From positions 31,638-95,637 of the forward strand of contig CAXXFD010000004.1 in the NCBI GenBank assembly GCA_963662905.2: a DNA stretch of 64,000 nt. The letters are read 5' to 3'. The notes under the pieces were generated by a model that had not been told where the DNA came from, made no database searches, and saw only the letters and a list, made by a program, of their open reading frames with translations. This stretch comes from Bacteroidales bacterium (GTDB taxonomy: Bacteria; Bacteroidota; Bacteroidia; Bacteroidales; WRLA01). Each line of letters starts with the position of its first letter. Position 1 is the first letter of the stretch. Positions 1-9,347 of this stretch are shown in pieces. The translations under genes and the position numbers were made by a program.

Positions 1-1001
1 TTGGTAATAAAGACCGGCACCATTAAATCAGGTTTTATTCCGGATGAAGCAAATTCCTGTGGAAAGTATTTTTCAGTAACCGAGCTGATTTCATTAAGAA
101 AATCAGGGGCTACCAATATAAAACCGCCTAAAACCAATCCCATAATACAATACACAAGCACGACCGGCAACCGGAGCATTCCATTTGCAAAAAGCAGTGT
201 TCGTATTGTTTTTTCGTTTTTGGCCGAAAGCAGCCTTTGAGCCTGAGTTTGATCGGTACCATAATAAGAGGCATAAAGAAAAAATCCTCCGATTATCATA
301 GGCCAAATCCCGTATTCACCGCCATTGAGGCCGAAGTTATTTTGAATTACCTGTAATCTGTCGGGATTGATATTGGATAATGAGCCGCCATTCTGATCCA
401 TTAGAATCCAGCCAAAAACCAAAATAATAACCAGACCAAGAAAAAGGATGATCATCTGAATTGCATCGCCCCATACCACGGCTTTCATCCCGCCCTGCCA
501 GGAGTACACGATAGTTACAATACTGATAATAGGGATGGTATAAATAAAATCAATATCCAGTACAGCCTGCAAAATAATGGCGATGGTATAAACCATCACT
601 CCGGTGCTCAATGCCCGGCTGATTTGAAAGACTACACTTAAGATCATACGTGTTGAAGCATCGAAGCGGCGCTCAACAAACTCATAAATACTTACCACCC
701 CTGAGCGGAACAATGGAGGAATGAGCACAACCATTAGAAAAAACATGGCCAGAGGAACAGAAAACTCAAAAGAAAGCCATTTCATCCCACCGCCGGCTTT
801 CAAAGCCACAAAAGCAGGAGCCGAAACAAAGCTGATGGCTGAAAGCTGGGTCGCCATTGTTGAAAGGCTCAAAGGAAACCAGCCCAGGCTTTTGCCTCCA
901 AGGAAATAATCCGTTGAATTTTTATTTTCCTTGAAAAAGTAGCCCATTCCAAGGAAACCCGCGAAATACACCAATACAATCAGATAGTCTAACCAATTCA
1001 T
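1..1001 (-). CDS. sodium:solute symporter (SSF family), N-terminal ~333 codons; the C-terminus lies beyond the window start
   Basis: Not in the ORF track. My hand translation from the ATG (complement of 999..1001) gives MNWLDYLIVLVYFAGFLGMGYFFKENKNSTDYFLGGKSLGWFPLSLSTMATQLSAISFVSAPAF...YGTDQTQAQRLLSAK..., open to position 1. It has multiple TM helices and SSF-type motifs. Confidence 0.85.
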   Translation of the reverse strand, partial: MNWLDYLIVLVYFAGFLGMGYFFKENKNSTDYFLGGKSLGWFPLSLSTMATQLSAISFVSAPAFVALKAGGGMKWLSFEFSVPLAMFFLMVVLIPPLFRSGVVSIYEFVERRFDASTRMILSVVFQISRALSTGVMVYTIAIILQAVLDIDFIYTIPIISIVTIVYSWQGGMKAVVWGDAIQMIILFLGLVIILVFGWILMDQNGGSLSNINPDRLQVIQNNFGLNGGEYGIWPMIIGGFFLYASYYGTDQTQAQRLLSAKNEKTIRTLLFANGMLRLPVVLVYCIMGLVLGGFILVAPDFLNEISSVTEKYFPQEFASSGIKPDLMVPVFIT

Positions 1002-1566
1002 ATTATGGTCATTAATATTTATAAAACAAAAAAATCCTGTGTCCGTATTCATATCCGGGCAGACAAAAAAAGACATAAAAGCTCAACCCGTGAAACCAAA
1101 ATACCATTGGCAAACCCAAAAAATGCCATCCATTAAAATAACAAAAGCATACAGAGCTAACCATATAAAAACTCAACCATTACAGCAGGCCAAAACCATT
1201 ATACCTGCATGTATCTTTCTGCAGCTTTCAGGAATAAAGCAAAGCAGATGCACTCTTTGAAGCCAAATCACCAAACCGGAAGACACAGACAGAAAACATC
1301 ATCAACACATTTCCTTCGCTCAAGCTTCCTGTCTTGTCCTTCCCCCATAATAAGCCTGCACCACCATCTCCGGTAAAGCAAGAGCGGAATAAAAACTACG
1401 GTTACCGGTAAAAACCAGCAAAATTACACCACCACTTGTCCGCTCTGACTTTTATGATAAATAAAGAGGTTTCAATAATAAAACACGGAACAACAGGATT
1501 TCAAAGAACTTCATTTTGCCTGTTATCAGGCGGTATTCAAAACAGGGAAAATCCCCTGCAAATAGA

Positions 1567-4194
1567 CTAGATATTAAATGTTACACGCAGGAACACCCTT
1601 CTTGGAAGGATCGGTCGGCCAACGAAATAAACACCTTCGTTTGATTGTGACAGGTCTCGTGGGTTACCTTCGGTCAGGCCACGACAATCGGTCAGGTTAA
1701 ATACCGAAGCACCAATGCGCATGCTTTCTCCTTTTTGTCCAAGGCTCATGGTATAACCTGCATCCAAACGAACGATAGAAATCGGATCGAGCTCAACATT
1801 ATTGCTATCGTCGGTATATTTGCTGCCCATATAACTCATCGATAATGCGCCATCCAGCCTGCTGTCGGCATATCTCAGCTCAACATATGACATAAAATTC
1901 GGCTGACGGGCCAGTTTATTACCCACATATTCAGGATTGGATTTTTGCTCTGTGTATTCATGTGCCTGATAAGTAAGGCTACCGTTAAAGCTCAGGTTTT
2001 TCACAAATTCGTATGCCCATGTTGCTTCCACACCAATAGTGCGTGTACTTTTTGTAGTTACCTGTTCAATGATTGTTCCGGGGTTATTGGGGTCATCAAC
2101 CAAACGGACATCACGCCGGTTATCCAGTTTTACGAAATATCCTGCGATTGTGGTTGTCAGTTTTTGTGTGGCATATTTTGCACCCAATTCTCCCTGATAA
2201 ATTTTCTCTGTTTTATATGAACCAACAGTACCGTCAGGAGAAATCTGAATTCCACGAGGCTGAGGGAAGAAATAGCCTTTGGTAACGTTACCATAAAGGT
2301 GCAGGTTATCATTGACGGCATAGTTTGCTGCCAAAACACCGGCCCAGTCAGTATCAGCACCATCACCGGTCAGGTAAGCATTATTGCCCCAGTTTACACT
2401 TTGGAGATCGGCCGAAAGACTGGCATCATCATCCATCAAATAGGAAGTTGATCCTTCGCGGGCCAGCGTAGCTTTGATGTGCTCCACCCTAAAGCCCACA
2501 TCAATGCGCCATCTACCAATTTTCATTTCATCAGTAAGGTAACCCGCAATTTTATTGGCGGTGATGAAGTTATTGTCATAAGCCGCACCCGGATTATAAA
2601 TACCATTCTGGCTCAGGATTTTCTTTTCGCCACCCGACATATAACTGATATCCACAAGCATAGGCTCATCATTAAATTCGCTGATATAGCGTGACTGCAC
2701 ATTTTTATCAAAGGCTTCTGTACGTGAAAAGAAACCACCAGCGGTAACATTATGTTCCAGATCACCGGTAATCCAGGTTTTTGTCAAATTGATTTCGCCG
2801 GCCATATCGGTCATAGGACGATCGCGGTCGAGCAATGTATTTACAAGCACCTTATCCGAATTCGGTACTACGCGGGTAGTGCCGGTATTCGTTACTGTAA
2901 TATCTGTTGCAGCAGGATCAATGGTGGCAACAAAATCGTTTATTGATTGTGGGTTACCGGTTCCTGCAAGGAAGAGGTTAAACTGATGCTGATATCTTGC
3001 ATAACGCATTTTCGTATTCAGTTTCAATTCATTATCAAATTCGTATTTATAATCGGCCATAAAGTAGCCCCCTTTGGTTTCAACACCATTGCGGATTGGT
3101 GTATGATAAACCCCATTTGGCGTACGATAAGAAATATTGGCAGCATGAACAGTTTGAATGGTTTTCACCTCTTCACCATCGTTGCCAATAGCATATTTAC
3201 GTGTTTCACCATCAAGTGGCAACGGAAGGAAAAACTGAACGCGGTCATCAATCAATTGCGCTGAAAGCACGAGTGAGCCTTTATCAAAAAGTTGTTTTAC
3301 ATTTCCACGAAGCTGGAAACCTTCGGTAGGAAGTCCGGTTTTAATGGGACCTTCGTCATAACGATAGAAACCGCTAATCGCATAATAAGTGCGTGATTCT
3401 TTTCCACCAATCTTACCTCCTGAGAAGAAATCAGCTTTAAGACGTCCCTGGTCGGCAGTCTCAAACTGGATGATGTTTTCAGGAATTTCTGTTCCCGTCT
3501 TGGAGATGTAATTGATCACACCGGCAACAGAACCAGCGCCATACATAATTGCAGCACCACCACGCGGGAAGTCCAGAGTTTTCAAACCGAAATCATTGCG
3601 GATATACACATCATGAGCAGATGAGTTTAGTCCGAAAGTACTGATTACAGGCATTCCATCATACTCCAGAGGGTTAAAAACATACTGTCCGCCTGAAGGT
3701 AAACCTCTGACAAATACATTGGCAGCAACTTCACCTCCACCACCTTCAGCAGTAATACCCGGAACTGAGCGCAGGATGTCGGCCTGTCCGTTGGCTGCTT
3801 TCGACTGGATTTCTTTGGCATTCATCGAAGTCATCGACATAGCGGCCTCTGCTTCGGAGCGCACCGTCATCGTACCGGTAATGGTTACCTCATCAAGCCC
3901 CAATCCTTCTTTAAGCGTAAGCTCAATAGGATCTTCCGAAGCAACTTCCAGTTCAATTGCCTGAAATCCAACATAACTTACCTGTATTATAACAGGAAGA
4001 TTATCCACGGTCAGGCTAAATTTACCGTCGATATCACTAATTGTACCTGTTGTGGTATTTTGAACCATAACAGATGCTCCGGGGATAGATACACCTTTGG
4101 CATCTTTAACCGTTCCTACAATTGTATTCTGCGCAATAGTTTGCATTGTCAGACCAAAAAGGAACACGAATAAAACAGTAAAAAATCTCTTCAT
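1567..4194 (-). CDS. TonB-dependent receptor (CarboxypepD_reg-like N-domain, plug, barrel); no SusD partner adjacent
   Basis: 875 aa. Signal peptide, then TIVGTVKDAKGVSIPGASVMV..DGKFSL (carboxypeptidase-regulatory-like), a plug motif (VRGLPSGGQYV...DGMPV) and a long beta-strand-rich C-terminal region. Confidence 0.9.
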   Translation of the reverse strand: MKRFFTVLFVFLFGLTMQTIAQNTIVGTVKDAKGVSIPGASVMVQNTTTGTISDIDGKFSLTVDNLPVIIQVSYVGFQAIELEVASEDPIELTLKEGLGLDEVTITGTMTVRSEAEAAMSMTSMNAKEIQSKAANGQADILRSVPGITAEGGGGEVAANVFVRGLPSGGQYVFNPLEYDGMPVISTFGLNSSAHDVYIRNDFGLKTLDFPRGGAAIMYGAGSVAGVINYISKTGTEIPENIIQFETADQGRLKADFFSGGKIGGKESRTYYAISGFYRYDEGPIKTGLPTEGFQLRGNVKQLFDKGSLVLSAQLIDDRVQFFLPLPLDGETRKYAIGNDGEEVKTIQTVHAANISYRTPNGVYHTPIRNGVETKGGYFMADYKYEFDNELKLNTKMRYARYQHQFNLFLAGTGNPQSINDFVATIDPAATDITVTNTGTTRVVPNSDKVLVNTLLDRDRPMTDMAGEINLTKTWITGDLEHNVTAGGFFSRTEAFDKNVQSRYISEFNDEPMLVDISYMSGGEKKILSQNGIYNPGAAYDNNFITANKIAGYLTDEMKIGRWRIDVGFRVEHIKATLAREGSTSYLMDDDASLSADLQSVNWGNNAYLTGDGADTDWAGVLAANYAVNDNLHLYGNVTKGYFFPQPRGIQISPDGTVGSYKTEKIYQGELGAKYATQKLTTTIAGYFVKLDNRRDVRLVDDPNNPGTIIEQVTTKSTRTIGVEATWAYEFVKNLSFNGSLTYQAHEYTEQKSNPEYVGNKLARQPNFMSYVELRYADSRLDGALSMSYMGSKYTDDSNNVELDPISIVRLDAGYTMSLGQKGESMRIGASVFNLTDCRGLTEGNPRDLSQSNEGVYFVGRPILPRRVFLRVTFNI

Positions 4195-4266
4195 ATCTTT
4201 GAACTATTAAATAATTATGCAGCAAAGAAAAGTCGAAATTTCAGAAGATGCAAGAGGGCAAATTTT

Positions 4267-4282
4267 CCGTAAACGTTTACGG
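4267..4282. promoter_or_regulatory. perfect 16-bp palindrome CCGTAAACGTTTACGG; candidate LacI-family operator in the divergent promoter region
   Basis: Read directly from the sequence. It has the central CG and the AAnCGnTT core typical of LacI/GalR operators and lies between the divergently transcribed TBDR (start 4194) and the LacI gene (start 4346). Confidence 0.6.
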
Positions 4283-4306
4283 TTAATAACTTTCTTAATA
4301 ATTTTT

Positions 4307-4314
4307 TAAATTTG
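4307..4314 (+). promoter_or_regulatory. Bacteroidota -7 promoter box TAAATTTG (TAnnTTTG) for the LacI-family gene
   Basis: Exact match to the TAnnTTTG consensus, 32 nt upstream of the ATG at 4346. Confidence 0.5.
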
Positions 4315-4345
4315 CACACACATCTAATTATCAATAAATACAGCA

Positions 4346-5374
4346 ATGAAGAAAGCACGTTTAAAAGACATTGCAAAAGCGCTAAACACAACAATTGCGA
4401 CCGTATCGCGTGCATTGCACGACCACCCGGAAATCAGCGACAAAATGAAAAACCGGGTCAGGGAAGTTGCCGCATTGTATAATTATAAACCCAATAGTAC
4501 GGCATTATCACTGAAATACCAGAAGTCGCATCGCATTGGCGTTATCTTCCCCAGGCTGGCACATTATTATGTCACTCAAATTTTGAGCGGAATGTTATCC
4601 GAAGCAGAAAAAGCCGGATACAAGCTCCTGATAGCCGAAAGTAACTATAAACCAGAAAAGGAACTTGAATTTATTGAAGAATTTTATGAACTGAATGTAG
4701 ATGCCATTCTGATTCTTCCCGGAAGAAAGCTCGCTTTAAAGAAAGACCGTCTGGAAAAACTCATCCGAAAAGACATTCCATTCCTGATAATCGACAGGCT
4801 TATTTATTTCGACAATATCAATACACCTCTGATATCTTCCAATGATTATGTTGGCACAAAGGAAGGAATCAATCATTTGATCAAGCAAGGCTACAGGAAA
4901 ATTGCACACATGCGCGGGCTTGCATCATCCGATTTGGCCAATATCCGCTGCAAAGCATATATGGATTCACTGAAAGAGCACAATCTGGAAGTGAGGGACG
5001 AATGGATTATCAGTTGCAACAAATTCACCTTTCAGGAAGGGGAACAAATGGCAATGAACCTCATGCAATTAGCCGAACCTCCTGATGCCATTTTTGCCAT
5101 TAGCGATATTGTTGCTGTTGGCGCATTGAACGGCTTAAAAAAGGCCGGATATAAAATTCCGGAGGATGTCGGCGTACTTGGGTTCAGCAATTCCGATCTG
5201 GCCTTGGTTTGCTCTCCTCAACTTTCATCCATTCATCAACCCGGAAAAAAAATTGGCCGACGAAGCATACAGCTTGTCTTATCACATATCGATCAGCAGG
5301 AAGACATTTCTAAGTTGAATATCAGGGCAAAAACCCGCTTGGTAATACGTGATTCGACGAATAAAAACCCATAG
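4346..5374 (+). CDS. LacI family transcriptional regulator
   Basis: N-terminal HTH (LKDIAKALNTTIATVSRALH) followed by a periplasmic-binding-protein-like sugar-binding fold; 342 aa. Confidence 0.9.
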   Translation: MKKARLKDIAKALNTTIATVSRALHDHPEISDKMKNRVREVAALYNYKPNSTALSLKYQKSHRIGVIFPRLAHYYVTQILSGMLSEAEKAGYKLLIAESNYKPEKELEFIEEFYELNVDAILILPGRKLALKKDRLEKLIRKDIPFLIIDRLIYFDNINTPLISSNDYVGTKEGINHLIKQGYRKIAHMRGLASSDLANIRCKAYMDSLKEHNLEVRDEWIISCNKFTFQEGEQMAMNLMQLAEPPDAIFAISDIVAVGALNGLKKAGYKIPEDVGVLGFSNSDLALVCSPQLSSIHQPGKKIGRRSIQLVLSHIDQQEDISKLNIRAKTRLVIRDSTNKNP

Positions 5375-5486
5375 ATTTTCCTGCTCTCAAACCAACAAAG
5401 CGTACAATCCGGATAGAGGATATCAAACATTTATCATTCAAATAGCAAAATACATCAACTTTATTTGATAAATTAACAAAAACCAG

Positions 5487-5494
5487 TATCTTTG
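5487..5494 (+). promoter_or_regulatory. -7 promoter box TATCTTTG
   Basis: TAnnTTTG match 28 nt upstream of the ATG at 5522. Confidence 0.5.
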
Positions 5495-5521
5495 TCATAC
5501 CATCAAAGAAAAGCCATAATC

Positions 5522-6496
5522 ATGAGAAAAAGCATTGTTGCAATTATTGGATTTTTTATTGCCGGTTTTTGTCTGGCTCAAAGCAGTTTTCCATTTCCGG
5601 AAGACAATCCTTTTTGGATGGAAAACAGCTCCGAAAAATGGGCATGTACACCTCCCGGAGCTGGCTGTCATGGCTACATTTGCAACTGCCTTTCACCTGT
5701 TTACTACAAATCCGACACCACAATAAACGGAACAATTTACAACAGATTATACAGCAGAGGCGTTTGCACAGGCAATGCAGCTAATCAACCAGAACCCGGC
5801 TGCCCGTCATCCTTCCATTATCAAAATGAAGAATCACTTTATGCGATCATTCGTCAGGACATTGAGAATCAAATTGTATATATCAGGCAAGACGGACAGG
5901 ATCAAATTCTCTATGATTTTGGAAATATGGCCGTTGGAAATCCATATCCTAAAACAGTTGCCAACATCAACACAACAGACACCCTTATTGTAGCCAGCAT
6001 AGACAGTATTGAGGCCGGTGGCATAAGCAGAAAAAGATGGAATCTGGCTTTTCGGTATAATGGCTCTGTTTTCCTGGAAGGTTTCGCGAGCATTATCGAA
6101 GGAATAGGAAGCACATTGGGACATTTGGGATATCTTGAAATGCCTTTTGAAAATACATACAGTCTGGAATGCTTCTCGTTGAACGATGAAAGTATTTATC
6201 CCGACGGAAGTTATTTATGCGACAAAACCCTTGGAGCGGAAAAAACAACCATCAGGAACAACAAAATCAGTATTACTCCGAACCCGGCCAAAGACAAAAT
6301 ATGCATCCGAATTGAAGAACAACATTTTGTTGCGGGAAAAATCAGGATTTTTGATTTAAGCGGACGGATTGTATATCAAAACAAGATATTCCTGCCCAAC
6401 AATGAATTATCAATTCAGCATCTCAATGCAGGAATATACTGTATAGAAGTTAAAACCGAAAATGCACATTTTATAGAAAAGTTTATAAAATTTTAA
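5522..6496 (+). CDS. secreted hypothetical protein with a T9SS type A C-terminal sorting domain
   Basis: Start trimmed to MRKSIVAIIGFFIAGFCLAQ (signal peptide). Cys-rich N-domain. The C-terminal ~75 aa (ISITPNPAKDKICIRIEE...GIYCIEVKTENAHFIEKFIKF) matches the Por secretion tail pattern. Confidence 0.75.
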   Translation: MRKSIVAIIGFFIAGFCLAQSSFPFPEDNPFWMENSSEKWACTPPGAGCHGYICNCLSPVYYKSDTTINGTIYNRLYSRGVCTGNAANQPEPGCPSSFHYQNEESLYAIIRQDIENQIVYIRQDGQDQILYDFGNMAVGNPYPKTVANINTTDTLIVASIDSIEAGGISRKRWNLAFRYNGSVFLEGFASIIEGIGSTLGHLGYLEMPFENTYSLECFSLNDESIYPDGSYLCDKTLGAEKTTIRNNKISITPNPAKDKICIRIEEQHFVAGKIRIFDLSGRIVYQNKIFLPNNELSIQHLNAGIYCIEVKTENAHFIEKFIKF

Positions 6497-6845
6497 TACT
6501 GTCACAAAACCAAAGGATTACATTACAGGCAGAAAATCAAAGCGATTCAGACATAATTCGGCCTGCAAAAAAAATACACTATTTTTAACTTAAATTAATT
6601 TATCTAATTGGATAATTGCTACATTTGTACTGAATATACTATAAACAAAGTAGATTATATCAAACTTTCCACTAGCATAAACACTTATAACAGCATGTGT
6701 ATCAATACTAAAACATTTAAGCAAAAGCATTTACAATTATCTTTTATCCAAATTAAACACAGAAGACAAGCGGTTTTATAAAAGCACGCTACATAAATGA
6801 AACAATATAAGTCCTAAATTACATTAACAAAAACAAGAGAAAGCA

Positions 6846-8384
6846 ATGAAAAAAAGACTATTCACAATTGTATTAATCTTCAGCTATTTAACATTATTAC
6901 CATCAAACCTTTTCGCTCAAATAGTAGATTCATACACCAAGGCATACAAAAAGCCTCTTCCCAAAAACGAAAACGTTCTTATTGCAATGCCTGAAGATGA
7001 AATTACTGTAGGTTTTGAAAAACTTGGCACAATTATTCATGGCAGTTCAAACCCAAAAGCCGGCTTTTCTGAATTAACAGAAGCGGTGAAACAAGCAGCC
7101 CGCGAGGCAGGAGGAAACCTGGTGAAGGTACTCAAGTTTACGCCAAAAAAAGCGCGGAACGACAATTATGAATTGCAAGGTTTTATCTATTATACCGACA
7201 GCCTGGAATACCAAAAAACCACTCCAATACCTGTGGAGCAAGAATTTGATGCGGATTATGCGATGATCCACTTTTACAGATATCCTGATAATGGGCCGGA
7301 GATAGAGATCAAAACGCTTGACAGCATTTTATGCACAATTTCTCCGGATACGAAGCAAAGCATCCATCTCAAAAAGCAAAGCAAACCAATAATTATTGCC
7401 CAAACCAAAAACCGGGAAATATTAACACAGGAATTTGAACCCGGCAAGGAATATTTTATCAGGGCTTTTGCAAGAGGGTCCGGCGCCCCTAAGCTTGAGC
7501 TGATGAACTGGCTTGACGGGAAAATGGAATATATGTACTTGAATATTGCCCAAGCTGCTGAACCTGAAAACACCAAAATCTCCGCAGATGCCGCCATCGC
7601 AACCGCAGCAACAATCAACACCGCAGTAAATACTGAAGCAGGCAGTCCGGCAAAAAACACCAATCCTCCGGCAAACACATCAGATTATACCCAAACGAAA
7701 AGCACCGTAGTAAAAAAAGATGATATAATAATATCCGCTCCAAAGACAAGTTCAACGCGCGGATGGATCAACATCGCTTTTGGACCAAGCTGGTACACAG
7801 CAAAAAATCCGGAAGGACTTACCAGTGCCGGAGAAGATCATATGGATGCCTTAAAAAAAGGATTTCACCTCGAGATTACGGCAGCATATTTCGTCAACCC
7901 ATCGATAGGAATCGGTTTTACGCACAATAGGTTAAGCACATCTCAAACAACAAACATAACGGAGGAAATTGAAGGACAAAACATCAATCTTGAATTGAAG
8001 GAAGATATTTTCACAAGCCTTACCGGCCCTGTATTTTTGGTCAGGACGCCCATAACCAATTCTAAAAGTGTTTTTTACAGTTCCCTTGCACTGGGGCTTT
8101 TATCGTATGGCGATGAAGCCGTTATCAGCGCTCCAGCCTACACTTCTGCAACCGAATCTATTAAAATTAATGGAGATAGCTTTGGAGGCAACATAGCCAC
8201 AGGCATTGATATCGGAATAATTGATGACTTTGCCATTAACGCCCAGCTATCATATCTTTTTGGAAACCTTTCCAAAGTTACCATCAACAGCAACGGCTCT
8301 TCCGGGGAAGCAGAACTCGAAGGAGACAATAAAATCAATGCCAGCCGTCTTAGTATTGGAATTGGCGTCAGCTTCCGCTTTTAA
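6846..8384 (+). CDS. outer-membrane beta-barrel protein, paralog 1 (N-terminal ~230-aa module, low-complexity linker, C-terminal barrel)
   Basis: Signal peptide MKKRLFTIVLIFSYLTLLPSNLFAQ. The N-module is shared with 9348..10901. Ala/Thr/Pro/Asn linker. The C-terminal region has alternating hydrophobic strands and ends GIGVSFRF. Confidence 0.7.
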   Translation: MKKRLFTIVLIFSYLTLLPSNLFAQIVDSYTKAYKKPLPKNENVLIAMPEDEITVGFEKLGTIIHGSSNPKAGFSELTEAVKQAAREAGGNLVKVLKFTPKKARNDNYELQGFIYYTDSLEYQKTTPIPVEQEFDADYAMIHFYRYPDNGPEIEIKTLDSILCTISPDTKQSIHLKKQSKPIIIAQTKNREILTQEFEPGKEYFIRAFARGSGAPKLELMNWLDGKMEYMYLNIAQAAEPENTKISADAAIATAATINTAVNTEAGSPAKNTNPPANTSDYTQTKSTVVKKDDIIISAPKTSSTRGWINIAFGPSWYTAKNPEGLTSAGEDHMDALKKGFHLEITAAYFVNPSIGIGFTHNRLSTSQTTNITEEIEGQNINLELKEDIFTSLTGPVFLVRTPITNSKSVFYSSLALGLLSYGDEAVISAPAYTSATESIKINGDSFGGNIATGIDIGIIDDFAINAQLSYLFGNLSKVTINSNGSSGEAELEGDNKINASRLSIGIGVSFRF

Positions 8385-8395
8385 ACATAAAAACA

Positions 8396-9310
8396 ATGAA
8401 AAACCTTCTGCTAATCCTACTTTGTTTTTGCGCCGGAAGCATAGCAATTGCTCAGGACGTTATTATTAATATGTATGGCGACACCATTGTTTGCCATATT
8501 AATTCCATAGACAAAAACAAACTCCATTACAGAAGCGATTTCAGGCCGGATGCCCCACAATCCTCTATTGCATTAAAAGAAGTTGTTTTTTTCTGCAAGG
8601 ACTGCTATCGCGAAGGGATGATTCTTGGCGAAAACCAGAAGCAGGAAAACCTACCGACGAAAAATTTCAAAAGATGGTCTATCTCTGCAAGTGCAGGCTA
8701 TTCCGTTATGGACAACAACGGCCTGGAATACACTTACGAAAAGCTCAATGAACACATCAATTCCTTACATAAGGGCTTAGGCATCAACTTATCGGCCGGA
8801 TGGCAATTGAGCCGCTCGTTTGGTTTTGATTTTCATTTTCAAAGATTCTCAAGATCACTGGAAACCAAAGATCTTTCAATCCCCCTTATTATTGATAATG
8901 AAGAAATTATATTAGACTGCTCATTGATAAACAATGTACAGTTAAATCATATTGGCATAGACATTAGCGGCCGTTTTGTTTTCAAAGAAAGCAATTCGGC
9001 CTTGCTTTTCGGCTTGGGCGCAGGCCCCTCATGGTACACCAGCGAGCAAGACATAAAATTACCCGGCTCTTCCATGAGGGTACATCAAAAATTGACGGGA
9101 TCAACACTAAGTGCATATTTGAATGGAGGTGGAGAGATTGGAATCAACAACCTGATAGCCCTGAGCATAAAAGTCACTTTAGTAAGCGGAACAATAGACA
9201 AGGTAAATGTTGATTATGATTACACTACACAAGATTACGAAGCAGAAGACGGAGGAGGAAAAAGCATTATGACTGTAAGCTTTATGACCGGGCTGGTTTT
9301 CAGGCTCTAA
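8396..9310 (+). CDS. outer-membrane beta-barrel protein (short N-domain plus a barrel homologous to its two neighbours)
   Basis: Signal peptide MKNLLLILLCFCAGSIAIAQ. Barrel-like C-terminal ~220 aa ending TGLVFRL. Shares the NEHINSLHKGLGINL-type motif with the flanking genes. Confidence 0.65.
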   Translation: MKNLLLILLCFCAGSIAIAQDVIINMYGDTIVCHINSIDKNKLHYRSDFRPDAPQSSIALKEVVFFCKDCYREGMILGENQKQENLPTKNFKRWSISASAGYSVMDNNGLEYTYEKLNEHINSLHKGLGINLSAGWQLSRSFGFDFHFQRFSRSLETKDLSIPLIIDNEEIILDCSLINNVQLNHIGIDISGRFVFKESNSALLFGLGAGPSWYTSEQDIKLPGSSMRVHQKLTGSTLSAYLNGGGEIGINNLIALSIKVTLVSGTIDKVNVDYDYTTQDYEAEDGGGKSIMTVSFMTGLVFRL

Positions 9311-9347
9311 GCAGCCTAAAAGGAAAACAAATAACAATATCTCAATT

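Noticed and set aside
1-909. Track ORFs 1..240 (+), 103..306 (-) and 721..909 (+)
   Set aside because: All lie within or opposite the hand-translated sodium:solute symporter frame (1..1001, minus), which is continuous and has transporter motifs. They are spurious.
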